Shown here piece after piece: positions 1 to 9,642 of a DNA stretch of 28,426 bases (its first letter is position 1; every line of letters begins with the position of its first letter). The position numbers and the translations under genes were made by a program. Below the pieces are notes generated by a model. The model ran no database searches and was not told the origin of the DNA. It was given only the letters and a program-made list of their open reading frames with translations. Source of the DNA: a virus (Duplodnaviria > Heunggongvirae > Uroviricota > Caudoviricetes); IMG/VR virus record IMGVR_UViG_2913123054_000008. The stretch is one strand, 5' to 3'.

Positions 1-1170
1 TCATTCCTCATTTTCTTCTGAGCTGTACTCCACATCGGAGAGTTTAACCTCAAGCTCTAAGCCCGTCGTGAAGCCGTTATTATTGAGGTTGTGGGTCACC
101 TTGCTGATTAACCATGCCTGCTCGTCTATGACGCGCTTAAAGCCTGACACGCGTACAGGCGTCTCAGGAAATAAATCCGCTCGCCCTAGCGCCAGTGTGA
201 TTGAAAACTCCGCAACGCCTCGCTGCAGTTTATCCCACTTAGCCTGAGCGGCGCGCATCGCCTGTGCCTTTGAGGCATAGACCGTCGTCAGCGCCAGCAC
301 GTTATCGGCTTCACCGGCCATGTACTCACCCTCACGTGCTTCCTGTTCTTTTTTGACCTTTGTCTTTTTGCTGACCGGCTTTGCTTTTGGGTGTTCCAGT
401 GCGCGCAGGTGCTTCTCTTTTGGCTTGCGTTTCAGCGTTACTTTCTGCTTTTGTGGCTTCGGGTCTTTGGTGTGCAACCATTTAGCAGTGACGCCGGTAT
501 AAGCCCCACGGTCGGCAATGGCAAACTGATGACGGTCACCATCACTGCGGGTCAGCGTCATTTGCGGGACGGGTTTGCCGCTGGCCGTCATCGCACTACC
601 GGCTTTCAGAAACAACAGTTTCCCTGCCTTCACTGATGCCGTTGCCCCGTTGCGGTCAGCCAGTCGACTCAAAAATACCGCGTCGGATTCCTGCGACTGG
701 TCGATATGCGGTACCGGGATTTTTTTCAGCGATTCCGCAATGCTGGCCGTCAGTTTGTTGCGCTTTGCGATGGTACTGACCAGTTCGCCGATGGTGGTGT
801 CGTGCCATGACTCTTCACGCCTGGAATTTAGCGTGCCGCGAAAGTCCGCGCTGCGCGCCCGGATGGTCAGGGTATCTGGAGCCCCCCGGTGCTCAATCTC
901 ATCGACCGTAAAATCCCCCTTATTCAGCAGCGCCGAACCCTGCCAGCCAAGCCACAACGTCAGCACTGCCCCGCGCAGGGGTAACTCGACTTTCCCATCG
1001 GTGTCATCGAGCTCAATGTCGAGCTGGTCAGCTTCAAAGCCCCTATTGTCCGTCATGGTGAGAGAAATCAGCCGGTCGCTGAAGTTGCTCGTAATGTCCT
1101 GACTGTTCAGCGTCAGCATAAAAGCCGGTGCAAGGCTGGCACCGGCGTCAATTGCCATCCCCGTTATCAT
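1..1170 (-). CDS. D: tail protein D (late control gene D family)
   Basis: 389 aa ORF at the end of the tail operon; length and position match P2 gpD; stop codon at window positions 1-3; ATGA start/stop overlap with upstream gene U. Confidence 0.85.
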   Translation of the reverse strand: MITGMAIDAGASLAPAFMLTLNSQDITSNFSDRLISLTMTDNRGFEADQLDIELDDTDGKVELPLRGAVLTLWLGWQGSALLNKGDFTVDEIEHRGAPDTLTIRARSADFRGTLNSRREESWHDTTIGELVSTIAKRNKLTASIAESLKKIPVPHIDQSQESDAVFLSRLADRNGATASVKAGKLLFLKAGSAMTASGKPVPQMTLTRSDGDRHQFAIADRGAYTGVTAKWLHTKDPKPQKQKVTLKRKPKEKHLRALEHPKAKPVSKKTKVKKEQEAREGEYMAGEADNVLALTTVYASKAQAMRAAQAKWDKLQRGVAEFSITLALGRADLFPETPVRVSGFKRVIDEQAWLISKVTHNLNNNGFTTGLELEVKLSDVEYSSEENEE

Positions 1171-1652
1171 GCAGTGAAACCTCCGGGCATACCCTGCAGT
1201 TTATCTGTCAAATTACCGGCAGAGCCGAGAAGCTCACTGGCCTGTTTATTCAGGTCACCAAACATCTTTGTCAGCGATTCATCAACCCGTTTTAGCGAAA
1301 GGGTGAAATCAATCTTTCTGGCCGCACCATCACTGAAAAACTCGGTGCGTGTAGTCGATACTTTATCGACGATATACATCCCGAGGATATTTCCGGTTCC
1401 CTCTATCAACGGCCACGCTCTGCCTTCATTGGCCATCACCTCTACAGCCTTTAGTGAGATCCAACCGCCAGTGATAGCGGGGTATAGCGTACCAGCAAGC
1501 TGTATCGAGGTTTCCCCCTCGCCAAGAAACTGATAGGCAGGTGGTTTACCCACCCGGTCATTGGACACCCAGCGATAATCTTTCGAATGCTGCATCGACT
1601 GGTAAGGCAGGGTGCGAAGTTCAAACACAAACATTCCGAGAGCAAGCATCAT
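1167..1652 (-). CDS. U: tail protein U
   Basis: 161 aa ORF between the tape measure gene and D; size and synteny as P2 gpU. Confidence 0.8.
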   Translation of the reverse strand: MMLALGMFVFELRTLPYQSMQHSKDYRWVSNDRVGKPPAYQFLGEGETSIQLAGTLYPAITGGWISLKAVEVMANEGRAWPLIEGTGNILGMYIVDKVSTTRTEFFSDGAARKIDFTLSLKRVDESLTKMFGDLNKQASELLGSAGNLTDKLQGMPGGFTA

Positions 1653-1665
1653 CGTTTAATCCCCC

Positions 1666-4110
1666 TCAATAGTCGTGGGTCATGTTGGCACGCTGGCGGG
1701 CGCGTTTATCGCGCTCAATCTGTTCGAGCGTGTCGCGTAGTTGTCTGTCAAGCTGATTCCCCGGCGCAACACCTCCCGGCAGATTGATGTTGTATTCGCT
1801 TTTGCTCTGGTCAATGTAAGAGCGCCCCGCCGGTGCGGTAACTGGCTGATAAGCCTGATAGCCGCCATATGTGCTGGTTGCCGGGATGTAGGAATTACCC
1901 TGTGTGGCGGCATTGGTTTTGGCGGCGGTCTGGTCGAGGCTGTCCGACTCTTTGTTGATGATGCCGAGCTTTTCGAGAAGCCAGTCGACACCGCTGCGCA
2001 GCTTGTTAAAAACATTGAGCGGAGCCATCAAGGCAGAGGCCAGTGTCTGACCAAATATGACGCCGACATTTTTGCAGCTATCAAGCGTTTCCTGCGTGGC
2101 CTTAACCGGTGCTATCAGGTCTTTAAACCACTGCCAGACGCCGCGCAGTTTCTCGCCGAGACCATCAAAAATGGGAGCCAGTGGAGCGAACATTTCCCCG
2201 ACTGGGGCAAAGGCACTCATGATGCCCTCAATCACTCCCGAGAAAAATGCGCTGATGGGCTCCCAATATTTACGGATGAGTAGCGCCCCCGCCACAATCG
2301 CCGCACCGACGGCCACTATCGGCCAGGTAATCGCACCGAGCGCTGTCGCAATGGCACTACCGACGACAGTAAAGACCGTACCCAGCACGCCAGCCGCGGC
2401 GATAATGGCATTAATCCCCATGACAACCGGCCACGCAACGAGACCAATGCCGCCGATGATACCAATCAGCGCCAGCGCACCACCGGCGATGATGCTGATA
2501 GTTTCCGCTAACTCCTTGTTGTCTTTGATCCAGTCATCAAGCTTTAGCACATACCGTGTTGCTGTCTGAGTTAGCTGACGCAATGAGCTATCTTGCTGGT
2601 CGTAGAGGTCGGTACCGACGGCCTCAAAAGCGGATTGAAACTCTTTGAAGTCGCCACCTAAGTTATCCTGCATGACCTTAACCAATTCCTCGGTTTTACC
2701 GTCAGAATCCTTAATTATCTTGGTCAGTTCATCCAGTTTTCCACTGGCCGCTGCGGCCATTAACACACTTGCAGCGGAACTGGCTTCCTCGCCGAATATC
2801 GTTTTCATATACTCGGCTTTTTGACCTGTACCGAGGTTGTTGCGCTTAAAGCTGGCTTGTATTTCTTTCAGGATGGTAAAGATTGGCCGTGTATTGCCTT
2901 TTTTATCCATCGTCTTAACGCCAAGCTCTTTAATGGCATCATAGGCTTTGCCAGTTGGAGCCTGCAGTCGACTTAAAACAGCTCGGCTACCGGTTCCTGC
3001 CATCGAACCTATGATTTTTGCATCGTGTAACGCACCCAGCATCGCGGCGGTTTCTTCTAGGCTGACACCGGCATCTTTGGCAACAGGACCAACATATGTA
3101 AGTGAGTCGTTTAATCCCTCAAATGATGCCTGTGTTTTATTTATCGCCATCGATATGACATCTGCTATATGCGATGCCTTGTCATCTGCGAGCCCGAATG
3201 CCGATTTGGTGCCAATAAGCAAAGCGGCGTTTTCCTCCATAGTTTTTTTATTTGCCAGCGACATATTCAGAATGGCCGGTGTTTGCGCCACTATGCCGTC
3301 TTTATCTGCGCCAGATTTGGCTACGATAATCTGCGCGGCGGCGGCATCATCTGCTGAGGCCGCTGAGTTATCGCCGAGCTGACGCGCCTGTTTGCGTAGA
3401 GCCTGCATTTCTGGAGACTGCTTATCGACCCCAAGCACGGCCTGCAGCTCGGAATTCTTCTGCGCAAATTCATAACCGGGTATCAGTAATTTAACCCCGG
3501 CCATCGTTCCCGCTGTCGCGATACCGACCCCGGCAGCACCGGCTGCAGCCATGTTACCGGCAAGCTCTTTACCTGATTTATATCGCTCTTTCACCCGGCT
3601 TAATTTCGCCTGCTGTGCACTGACGCGCGCCAGTGCCTCGCGCTGTCGATTAAGCTGCGCCGTCGTTTCGCTGATGGATGTTTTGAGCCGACGCTCATCG
3701 GCAGACAGGGTGCGGGTATTAATACCGGCCTGCATCAGCTCGGAGCGCTGACGCTGTACCGACGTTCTCAGGCTGTTGTATTTCGTCTGCAGCTCAGAGG
3801 CGGCTCGCTTTGCCGCTTCGAGTGCCTGCGCCTGCGCGCGGGTCGGACTGGTGGTGTTTTTAAACTGCACGGCCAGCTCACCGGCCTCGCGTTTCGCTTT
3901 CTCAAGCGACTGACTGGTCACGGCCAGTTGCGCGCTTGCCTTACGAAAGCCGTCGATTTTTGACGCCTGACCATTCAGGTCACGCAGCCCTTTTTGTGTG
4001 TTGCGAATATCACCCGACAAGGATTTACTCGCGGTCTGGATGGATTTAAGCGGTCTGGTCGCCTGGTCGACCGCTTTCAGCAATACCTCAAGCCTCAGGT
4101 TATTACTCAT
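1666..4110 (-). CDS. T: tail tape measure protein
   Basis: 814 aa; coiled-coil-rich N-terminal part (Q/A/R/E-rich), central Gly/Ala-rich hydrophobic segment, position after the E/E' chaperone pair; size as P2 gpT. Confidence 0.9.
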   Translation of the reverse strand: MSNNLRLEVLLKAVDQATRPLKSIQTASKSLSGDIRNTQKGLRDLNGQASKIDGFRKASAQLAVTSQSLEKAKREAGELAVQFKNTTSPTRAQAQALEAAKRAASELQTKYNSLRTSVQRQRSELMQAGINTRTLSADERRLKTSISETTAQLNRQREALARVSAQQAKLSRVKERYKSGKELAGNMAAAGAAGVGIATAGTMAGVKLLIPGYEFAQKNSELQAVLGVDKQSPEMQALRKQARQLGDNSAASADDAAAAQIIVAKSGADKDGIVAQTPAILNMSLANKKTMEENAALLIGTKSAFGLADDKASHIADVISMAINKTQASFEGLNDSLTYVGPVAKDAGVSLEETAAMLGALHDAKIIGSMAGTGSRAVLSRLQAPTGKAYDAIKELGVKTMDKKGNTRPIFTILKEIQASFKRNNLGTGQKAEYMKTIFGEEASSAASVLMAAAASGKLDELTKIIKDSDGKTEELVKVMQDNLGGDFKEFQSAFEAVGTDLYDQQDSSLRQLTQTATRYVLKLDDWIKDNKELAETISIIAGGALALIGIIGGIGLVAWPVVMGINAIIAAAGVLGTVFTVVGSAIATALGAITWPIVAVGAAIVAGALLIRKYWEPISAFFSGVIEGIMSAFAPVGEMFAPLAPIFDGLGEKLRGVWQWFKDLIAPVKATQETLDSCKNVGVIFGQTLASALMAPLNVFNKLRSGVDWLLEKLGIINKESDSLDQTAAKTNAATQGNSYIPATSTYGGYQAYQPVTAPAGRSYIDQSKSEYNINLPGGVAPGNQLDRQLRDTLEQIERDKRARQRANMTHDY

Positions 4111-4590
4111 TGTGGTTTCCGCTACGCTGCAGCGCCTTTTCGCGCCATGTGATGAGCTCGGTCAGGCTCAAGGAATAGAGCTCTGATGGCGACCAGTGAA
4201 ATATCACTGCAATATCCGCCATCAGGTCATCGGTCGACAGGTCAGGCGGGAAATCTATTCCGCCGAAGCCGGTGACAAAAAACCAATCACCTTAGCGGCC
4301 AGCGACAGCATATCGGGCAGGTTCATTGCGGTAAGCTCCTGCGCCGTGAGCGCGGGATAGGTCATGCGGGGCAGTACTTTAATCAGCGCATCGACTTCGG
4401 ACTGCGCCACCGCAGCCAGACTGACACCGCGCAGGGTACCGGCATTCGGCTCAATCAGGGTAACTTTATCAATCGTCTGACCGGCGCGCTTAATCGGCTT
4501 GTCGAGGGTCACAACGTTCGGGTTTACGGTGTCGATTTCATTACCAGCCGTATCAACAAATTCAGGGGTTTTGCGTGGTGCTTTTGCCAT
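4103..4590 (-). CDS. tail assembly chaperone E+E' (predicted -1 programmed frameshift product)
   Basis: On the coding strand the heptamer T-TTT-TTG (plus coordinates 4276-4282) lies 8 codons before the E stop. The -1 frame stays open from there to a TAA at 4103-4105, overlapping the T start; I translated this frame by hand. Confidence 0.6.
4255..4590 (-). CDS. E: tail assembly chaperone E (zero-frame product)
   Basis: 111 aa ORF between the tail tube and tape measure genes; ends ...IGFLSPASAE just after a TTTTTTG slippery heptamer. Confidence 0.8.
   Translation of the reverse strand: MAKAPRKTPEFVDTAGNEIDTVNPNVVTLDKPIKRAGQTIDKVTLIEPNAGTLRGVSLAAVAQSEVDALIKVLPRMTYPALTAQELTAMNLPDMLSLAAKVIGFLSPASAE
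4276..4282 (-). other. slippery heptamer TTTTTTG for the E/E' -1 frameshift
   Basis: Seen directly in sequence; same heptamer type as described for the P2 E/E' recoding site. Confidence 0.6.
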
Positions 4591-4610
4591 GATGTTTTTC
4601 TCTGCTCTGA

Positions 4611-4645
4611 AAGAGGGTTAATAACCGGCCAGCAGTGCTGACCGG
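4611..4645 (-). terminator. hairpin plus U-rich tract between FII and E (possible attenuator)
   Basis: Inverted repeat ccggccagca / tgctgaccgg (9 of 10 bp pair) at 4625-4645, followed on the minus strand by a T-rich stretch (ttattaaccctctt); sits after the abundant tube gene and before the low-abundance E-T-U-D genes. Confidence 0.4.
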
Positions 4646-4653
4646 TCAGGAAA

Positions 4654-5172
4654 TTACAGCCCGATTGCGCGGCGGTGCTGTTCCAGACGGTCGACGCCGT
4701 TCACCTTCTCAACCATGTTGACGGTATCGATTTCGATGACGTCGCTACCATCAATCGTGAGGCGGTAATAGGTGCATACGGTCGACAGTTTGGTCGAGGT
4801 GTTTTCACCCTGCTTATTCTCGCCGCCGTCGATTTCTTTATGACGGCCACGCATGACCACCTCGACCGCCACGATTTCGCCAGTGTCGTCACGTTGGTAA
4901 GAGCCAGCAAAACGCAACGGCACAGCGTCAGCACCCGGCGCGGCGTACTGCGCCCACAGCGCCACATCAGGCAGGCCACCGACAGACCATTCGACGGTGA
5001 GCGCATCATCGTCGAGACCAAGGTCAATCGCGGCCGCGCCATTCATGCCGCCGCCGCGATAGTTTTCGAGCTTGCGGGTCAGCTTCGGCAGCGTCACGGA
5101 TTCAACAACGCCCATGTAGCTAAGGCCGTCATTGAACATGTTCAGATATTTAAGTTTGCGGGGTAGTGCCAT
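4654..5172 (-). CDS. FII: major tail tube protein
   Basis: 172 aa; size and position directly downstream of the sheath gene as P2 gpFII. Confidence 0.9.
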   Translation of the reverse strand: MALPRKLKYLNMFNDGLSYMGVVESVTLPKLTRKLENYRGGGMNGAAAIDLGLDDDALTVEWSVGGLPDVALWAQYAAPGADAVPLRFAGSYQRDDTGEIVAVEVVMRGRHKEIDGGENKQGENTSTKLSTVCTYYRLTIDGSDVIEIDTVNMVEKVNGVDRLEQHRRAIGL

Positions 5173-5187
5173 GTTGTTTCAGGCTCC

Positions 5188-6366
5188 TTAGCTGTTGACC
5201 GATTCGGCCAGATTCACCAGATATTTATCGGTGATACGCTGGCGCAGGGTTAGGCTTTCCAGTGGGGGAACCGGTGTATAGTCGTAGTCGATATACAGTT
5301 TCCCGGCCTTGAGGGTTTCCTTATCGTTCGATTCCTCGTCGAACCAGCATTCACCGTCCACGATGTAGCCGTTTGATTTCAGCTCGCGGAATTTGGCGTT
5401 AATGCCGTCGACAATGTCACGGATAAGCGATGCGGTGATGGGCTTATCGACCGCCCACATGTGCGCCTCGGCCATCGTGTCGGCCAGCACCTGCGCGGTG
5501 CGGGTGTAGTTCTCAAACAGGAAAAGCGGGTCATCAGAGCAGGTGCGGTTACCCCAAAAGCGGAAGCCATCCTTACGCACCAGTGTCGTGACCCCGGCCT
5601 CGTTGAGCAGATCAGCATCGGTGCCGGATGCCTGCAAATCCCAAAACACTGACGCACTGATGCCGGTAACACCCTGCACGCCGACGTTAGACAGGGTTTT
5701 GTGCCAGCCGACGGTCTGGTCGATATAGGCACGCAGGCCGAGTGCGCGCGCAGTTGCGTATGCCGGTGCGGTGGCGTTTGTGGTGGTATCCCATGCAAGG
5801 AAATCAGGCCAGATGACCATCAGCTCGCGCTGGCTGAAATTCTCGCGATAGGTCATCGCCTCGGAAATGGTTTTACAACCCCATGCGCTGATATAGCCAA
5901 AGGCGCGCAGGCTGATACAGACCGAAGCAAGTGCGACTGCGACCTCTTTGGTATCGAGACCCGGCACGCCGAGAATGCGCGGCTTAACGCCGGTGACCGC
6001 TTCGGCAGTCAACAGCGCCTTGATGCCGGTATATTTACCGTTCTCATCCGTGCCGCCGATGATATTGGAAATGGTCTGCGCTTCGGCGTCTTCTCCGGTA
6101 CCTTCGGCAACACGCACGACAACTGTGACAGGTTTTGACTGGTCGGCGATAGCCTGCAGGGATGCAGCCAGCGTGCCTTTTTTACCGGCTTTCGCAATGG
6201 CGCTTTGCACATTGGTAATCAGTACCGGTTCGTTGAGGGGAAATGTCGTGGCATCTGCATCGCTGGCCGTGCAGACCATGCCGACGATTGCGGTTGCAAC
6301 AGTGGATATGACGCGGGTGCCGTCGTTAATCTCAAGCACCTGCACGCCGTGGTGAAAATCACTCAT
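5188..6366 (-). CDS. FI: contractile tail sheath protein
   Basis: 392 aa; position upstream of the tube gene; size as P2 gpFI. Confidence 0.9.
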   Translation of the reverse strand: MSDFHHGVQVLEINDGTRVISTVATAIVGMVCTASDADATTFPLNEPVLITNVQSAIAKAGKKGTLAASLQAIADQSKPVTVVVRVAEGTGEDAEAQTISNIIGGTDENGKYTGIKALLTAEAVTGVKPRILGVPGLDTKEVAVALASVCISLRAFGYISAWGCKTISEAMTYRENFSQRELMVIWPDFLAWDTTTNATAPAYATARALGLRAYIDQTVGWHKTLSNVGVQGVTGISASVFWDLQASGTDADLLNEAGVTTLVRKDGFRFWGNRTCSDDPLFLFENYTRTAQVLADTMAEAHMWAVDKPITASLIRDIVDGINAKFRELKSNGYIVDGECWFDEESNDKETLKAGKLYIDYDYTPVPPLESLTLRQRITDKYLVNLAESVNS

Positions 6367-6460
6367 CCGGTTAACTCCGTGGTTAGTGGGCGAGTGTATT
6401 TTCTGTTGTGCAGTAACGGCGGGCTATTTGTCGGCGTTGGTTAGCAGATGGCACATAAAC

Positions 6461-6490
6461 AAATTAATAAAAGACGGGCATCAGCCCGCC
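6461..6490 (-). terminator. rho-independent terminator after the tail fibre assembly gene
   Basis: Stem cgggc/gcccg (6475-6488) followed on the minus strand by TCTTTTATTAATTT; lies 3' of the V-W-J-I-H-tfa operon. Confidence 0.5.
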
Positions 6491-6506
6491 ATTCTTTCAA
6501 AGGTTC

Positions 6507-6950
6507 CTATTCTGGTTTGACGGGCCAGGTGATATCTGGAGCTGTAGATGTGTCTACTGCTTCCAGTGCTTCAAGATAATCTAGCCGCAAATTGTATTGA
6601 GCAAGATCATCACCATTCAAACGCCCAATGGCGGCTTTGCCAGGCCATTGCTTGCTTTGCATGTATTCATTTGCGGCATCAATTCGCCGTTGTTTTTCAC
6701 GCTCGGCGGATGCAATTAACTGCTCCTTAGTTGGTTCCGGGGCATCAACCCACGTTGGCAGTCCTCCATCTCCTGGCACCCTGATTTTTCCTGGGTTAAC
6801 TCTCACATACTCAAGGAAAACATCTTCGCCAACTTCTACGCCATTTTCAGGCCATGTGCCTGATCGCTCATAGTCTTCTTTCAGAATCAGGGGATAAAAA
6901 GCGTTTGTTTTTGCATCATAGATATATCTGTTCATTTTATTAATACCCAA
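6507..6950 (-). CDS. tail fibre assembly chaperone (Tfa, gpG-like)
   Basis: 147 aa ORF immediately downstream of and overlapping the tail fibre gene; Tfa-like C-terminus; visibly lower GC than the core. Confidence 0.75.
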   Translation of the reverse strand: MGINKMNRYIYDAKTNAFYPLILKEDYERSGTWPENGVEVGEDVFLEYVRVNPGKIRVPGDGGLPTWVDAPEPTKEQLIASAEREKQRRIDAANEYMQSKQWPGKAAIGRLNGDDLAQYNLRLDYLEALEAVDTSTAPDITWPVKPE

Positions 6951-8130
6951 TCAAAATACATGAACCACCAGAAATGAAGTCACTGGCACGAGAAATAATA
7001 GTTGATGTTGGTCCTGCTCCAACATTTATTGCAAACGTGGTAATTCTCCCACTGGTTGGTTCATATCCGGCACCAACTGCAAAGCCTAAAATTCTACCGG
7101 GGAAAGGAATAGGCAAGGTAATAACCTGATCGCCATCATGAGGCGGAATTGCAACCCATTGAATCAACTTTCCAGGTAATTTCTGCCAGTATATTTCAGA
7201 TTGAAAACTGCTCATATCGGGGATGTAATCAAGGTCAGCTGTACCAACCTGGCGCTTTGCGGCGTCCTTCAGTCCAAGATTCTGGAGAAACTTCGCCACA
7301 TCTTGAATATCCTCGCCGTTTTGGCTTTTCTGCATCGCGCCGGTGATACGTGTATCATCACCCGCCGCAACAGTATTGGCAGTTGTACCGGTGTTTTTCG
7401 TCGAGCTGTCACCAAGTTGCAGATTCTGGCGCGCCAGTGCTGGATTAGGTAAATCGGAGAGATTGCGTTCTTTAGCCAGCCGTGCATTCGCGTTATCCAT
7501 CGCAATTTTTACGGCTTTCGGGGTTGCCGATTGTGTCTCGCGGTCATCCGTCACACTGCTGTTAAGCTGCGTAAAACCTTTAGCGGTAGTGGTTGCATCT
7601 GGATGGTTGCGCGACTGTTCGTGGGCGCGCATGAGTCCGTCAGCGTAACTCTTCACCTCGATAACCTTATCGTCAACATACTGGCGCGTAGCAAGTACGA
7701 CTGACGGGTCAATTTTCAGGGTGATAGCCGACGTGCTCGACACAATCAGAATCATGCGAATGGTCTGCGTGCGGCCGCTACCCTCCTGTAGTTGTGGCTT
7801 GTAGGTTTCCGGGCAGTTCGCCACAGCAATGAGCACACCTGCGTCGTCGTAGAGACCAATCTCGCGGATCCAGAAACCACCTTCATTCTCGGGAATAATC
7901 TGTTCCGCGATAATCTGACTGGTATTGGCCGGGTCAACGGTCAGCAGGTTCAGCGGCGCGATGCGTTTCTGGTTAATGAGCTTCGTCTGCGCCGGGTCAG
8001 GGGTCGGCAACGTACCATTCGCATCACCGACGGCCATCTGCGTCAGGTTGAGTTTGGTACCGAGTGCCGCCGCGTTCGCCAGCCGCGCCGCGCCCTGATT
8101 GGTCAGAATGGCAAAATATTTTGCGGTCAT
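6940..8130 (-). CDS. H: tail fibre protein (H-like, short form)
   Basis: 396 aa ORF after baseplate gene I; N-terminal region typical of the P2 H baseplate-attachment domain; C-terminal part low-GC. Confidence 0.8.
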   Translation of the reverse strand: MTAKYFAILTNQGAARLANAAALGTKLNLTQMAVGDANGTLPTPDPAQTKLINQKRIAPLNLLTVDPANTSQIIAEQIIPENEGGFWIREIGLYDDAGVLIAVANCPETYKPQLQEGSGRTQTIRMILIVSSTSAITLKIDPSVVLATRQYVDDKVIEVKSYADGLMRAHEQSRNHPDATTTAKGFTQLNSSVTDDRETQSATPKAVKIAMDNANARLAKERNLSDLPNPALARQNLQLGDSSTKNTGTTANTVAAGDDTRITGAMQKSQNGEDIQDVAKFLQNLGLKDAAKRQVGTADLDYIPDMSSFQSEIYWQKLPGKLIQWVAIPPHDGDQVITLPIPFPGRILGFAVGAGYEPTSGRITTFAINVGAGPTSTIISRASDFISGGSCILIGY

Positions 8131-8735
8131 GCGTTCACTCTCAGGTTATCAATCAAATGGATGGCCGAGGCCGGGTAATATTCACCGCCGACGACAATCT
8201 CCTCGGGGGTGTAGGGGTAAACAGTCAGCGCGTCGCCGTGATAGCATCCCGCGCCGACATACAGTTCGCCGGTCGAGCTCAGACTGATAGCCAGCCCGGT
8301 CAGGTGGCGACTTGCCGGTTTGGCGTCTTCAATCAGGCGCTCAAGCTCCTGATACATTTCGTCAGTGATGCCGTTGTCGAGGACGCCAACAACGAGGCGG
8401 AATGTGCCTGGCTCCTCGTCGAGTTGCCACCACTCGCGCACCTCAATCAGAAAGCCGAGCGGCTCGACGACCCGACGCAATGCGCTGATGGTGCCTTTGT
8501 GCTGATGGACGAAAAACGAGGACGCGCAGACGCTGCGCTTTGTCGCCTCCGGCCATTTCTCATCCCACCTGTCGACCGACAGCGCCCACGCCAGATACGG
8601 CAGCAGCTTTACCGGGCAGGTGTGCCAGTTCCACAGGGTGCGCAGCGGTACCGGCACGCGCTGAATCTCAGAGAACGCAGCGGCGGCGGCGACTTCCAGC
8701 GGCGACGAGCCAACGGGTAATAGCCGGTCATTCAT
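8127..8735 (-). CDS. I: baseplate assembly protein I
   Basis: 202 aa; synteny J-I-H. Confidence 0.8.
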   Translation of the reverse strand: MNDRLLPVGSSPLEVAAAAAFSEIQRVPVPLRTLWNWHTCPVKLLPYLAWALSVDRWDEKWPEATKRSVCASSFFVHQHKGTISALRRVVEPLGFLIEVREWWQLDEEPGTFRLVVGVLDNGITDEMYQELERLIEDAKPASRHLTGLAISLSSTGELYVGAGCYHGDALTVYPYTPEEIVVGGEYYPASAIHLIDNLRVNA

Positions 8736-9636
8736 CCGAGCCCCCGATAGTTATCTGGTACTCGGTACAGTTCGACGCCTGCGACTTACTCAGCACTATG
8801 TCGGCCTGCGGTGATGTCAGCTCGACACGCTGCACCCCCTCAACATGCAGCGCCGCATAAATGGCTGACAGACGGATATCACGCCCGAGGCGGTGCTGCG
8901 CGCTGATGTAGCTCTGCAGCTTCTTCTCTGACGCCTGCCTGATGGGTTCAGATTCGGGGCCGGGGTAAACGTAGATCGTCGCGTCAATCTGGTACGGCAC
9001 AATCTCGGCTGACTGGACGGTCACCCGGTCAGCCACCGGGCGCACATCTTCGGCGTTCAGCGCTTTATCAACAATCGCCAGTAGCTCAGGGCTGGCAGTG
9101 CCGTCACCCTCACGCGATAGCACGGTAATCGTCACGCAGGCTGGCGACGGGCTGGCGACCGAAACGTCAGCGACCCGCCCGTCGGCGCTGCGGCCGTGAT
9201 ACTCATATGCGCCGACCGGACCCGCCACGCTCAATCCCTCAAACGCCTGTTGCGTGCGCAGTCGCAGGTCGGTATCAGATTCCATAACGGCAGGTGTCGG
9301 CGGGATGGTGGTATCATCCGCCGGGGTGATGGTCAGGCGTTCGGTATTATTGTTCCCGGCTACGACGTCGAGGTCGTTACCGGCGGAGTAGGCCAGCGTC
9401 ACCGCCTGCGCGGCTTCGTTCACCCGCTGACGCCAGATAACTTCACGGTAGGCGTTTTCCTGCAGCAGCTTAACAACCGGCTCTGACTCAAGTGTGAGCG
9501 TCCGGGCAATGGCCTCCTGCTGGTCTTCTGGATAGAGCGATATCAGCGTCGCTTTGCGTTCCGCAAGGATGGTTTCATAGTCCAGTTCCTCAACCACATC
9601 GGGAACGGGTAACTGACTCAGGTCAACGGTTGCCAT
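8728..9636 (-). CDS. J: baseplate protein J
   Basis: 302 aa, same length class as P2 gpJ; synteny W-J-I. Confidence 0.85.
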   Translation of the reverse strand: MATVDLSQLPVPDVVEELDYETILAERKATLISLYPEDQQEAIARTLTLESEPVVKLLQENAYREVIWRQRVNEAAQAVTLAYSAGNDLDVVAGNNNTERLTITPADDTTIPPTPAVMESDTDLRLRTQQAFEGLSVAGPVGAYEYHGRSADGRVADVSVASPSPACVTITVLSREGDGTASPELLAIVDKALNAEDVRPVADRVTVQSAEIVPYQIDATIYVYPGPESEPIRQASEKKLQSYISAQHRLGRDIRLSAIYAALHVEGVQRVELTSPQADIVLSKSQASNCTEYQITIGGSDE

Positions 9637-9642
9637 AGTTAT

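Noticed and set aside
575-1102. 175 aa plus-strand ORF (and neighbours 320..502, 391..636) inside gene D
   Set aside because: Antisense to a confidently called structural gene; no RBS context; typical spurious ORF in high-GC antisense sequence.
1741-3382. Several plus-strand ORFs (1741..2283, 2057..2569, 2948..3382) within the tape measure gene
   Set aside because: Antisense to T; Ala/Ser/Pro-rich low-complexity translations typical of GC-rich antisense frames.
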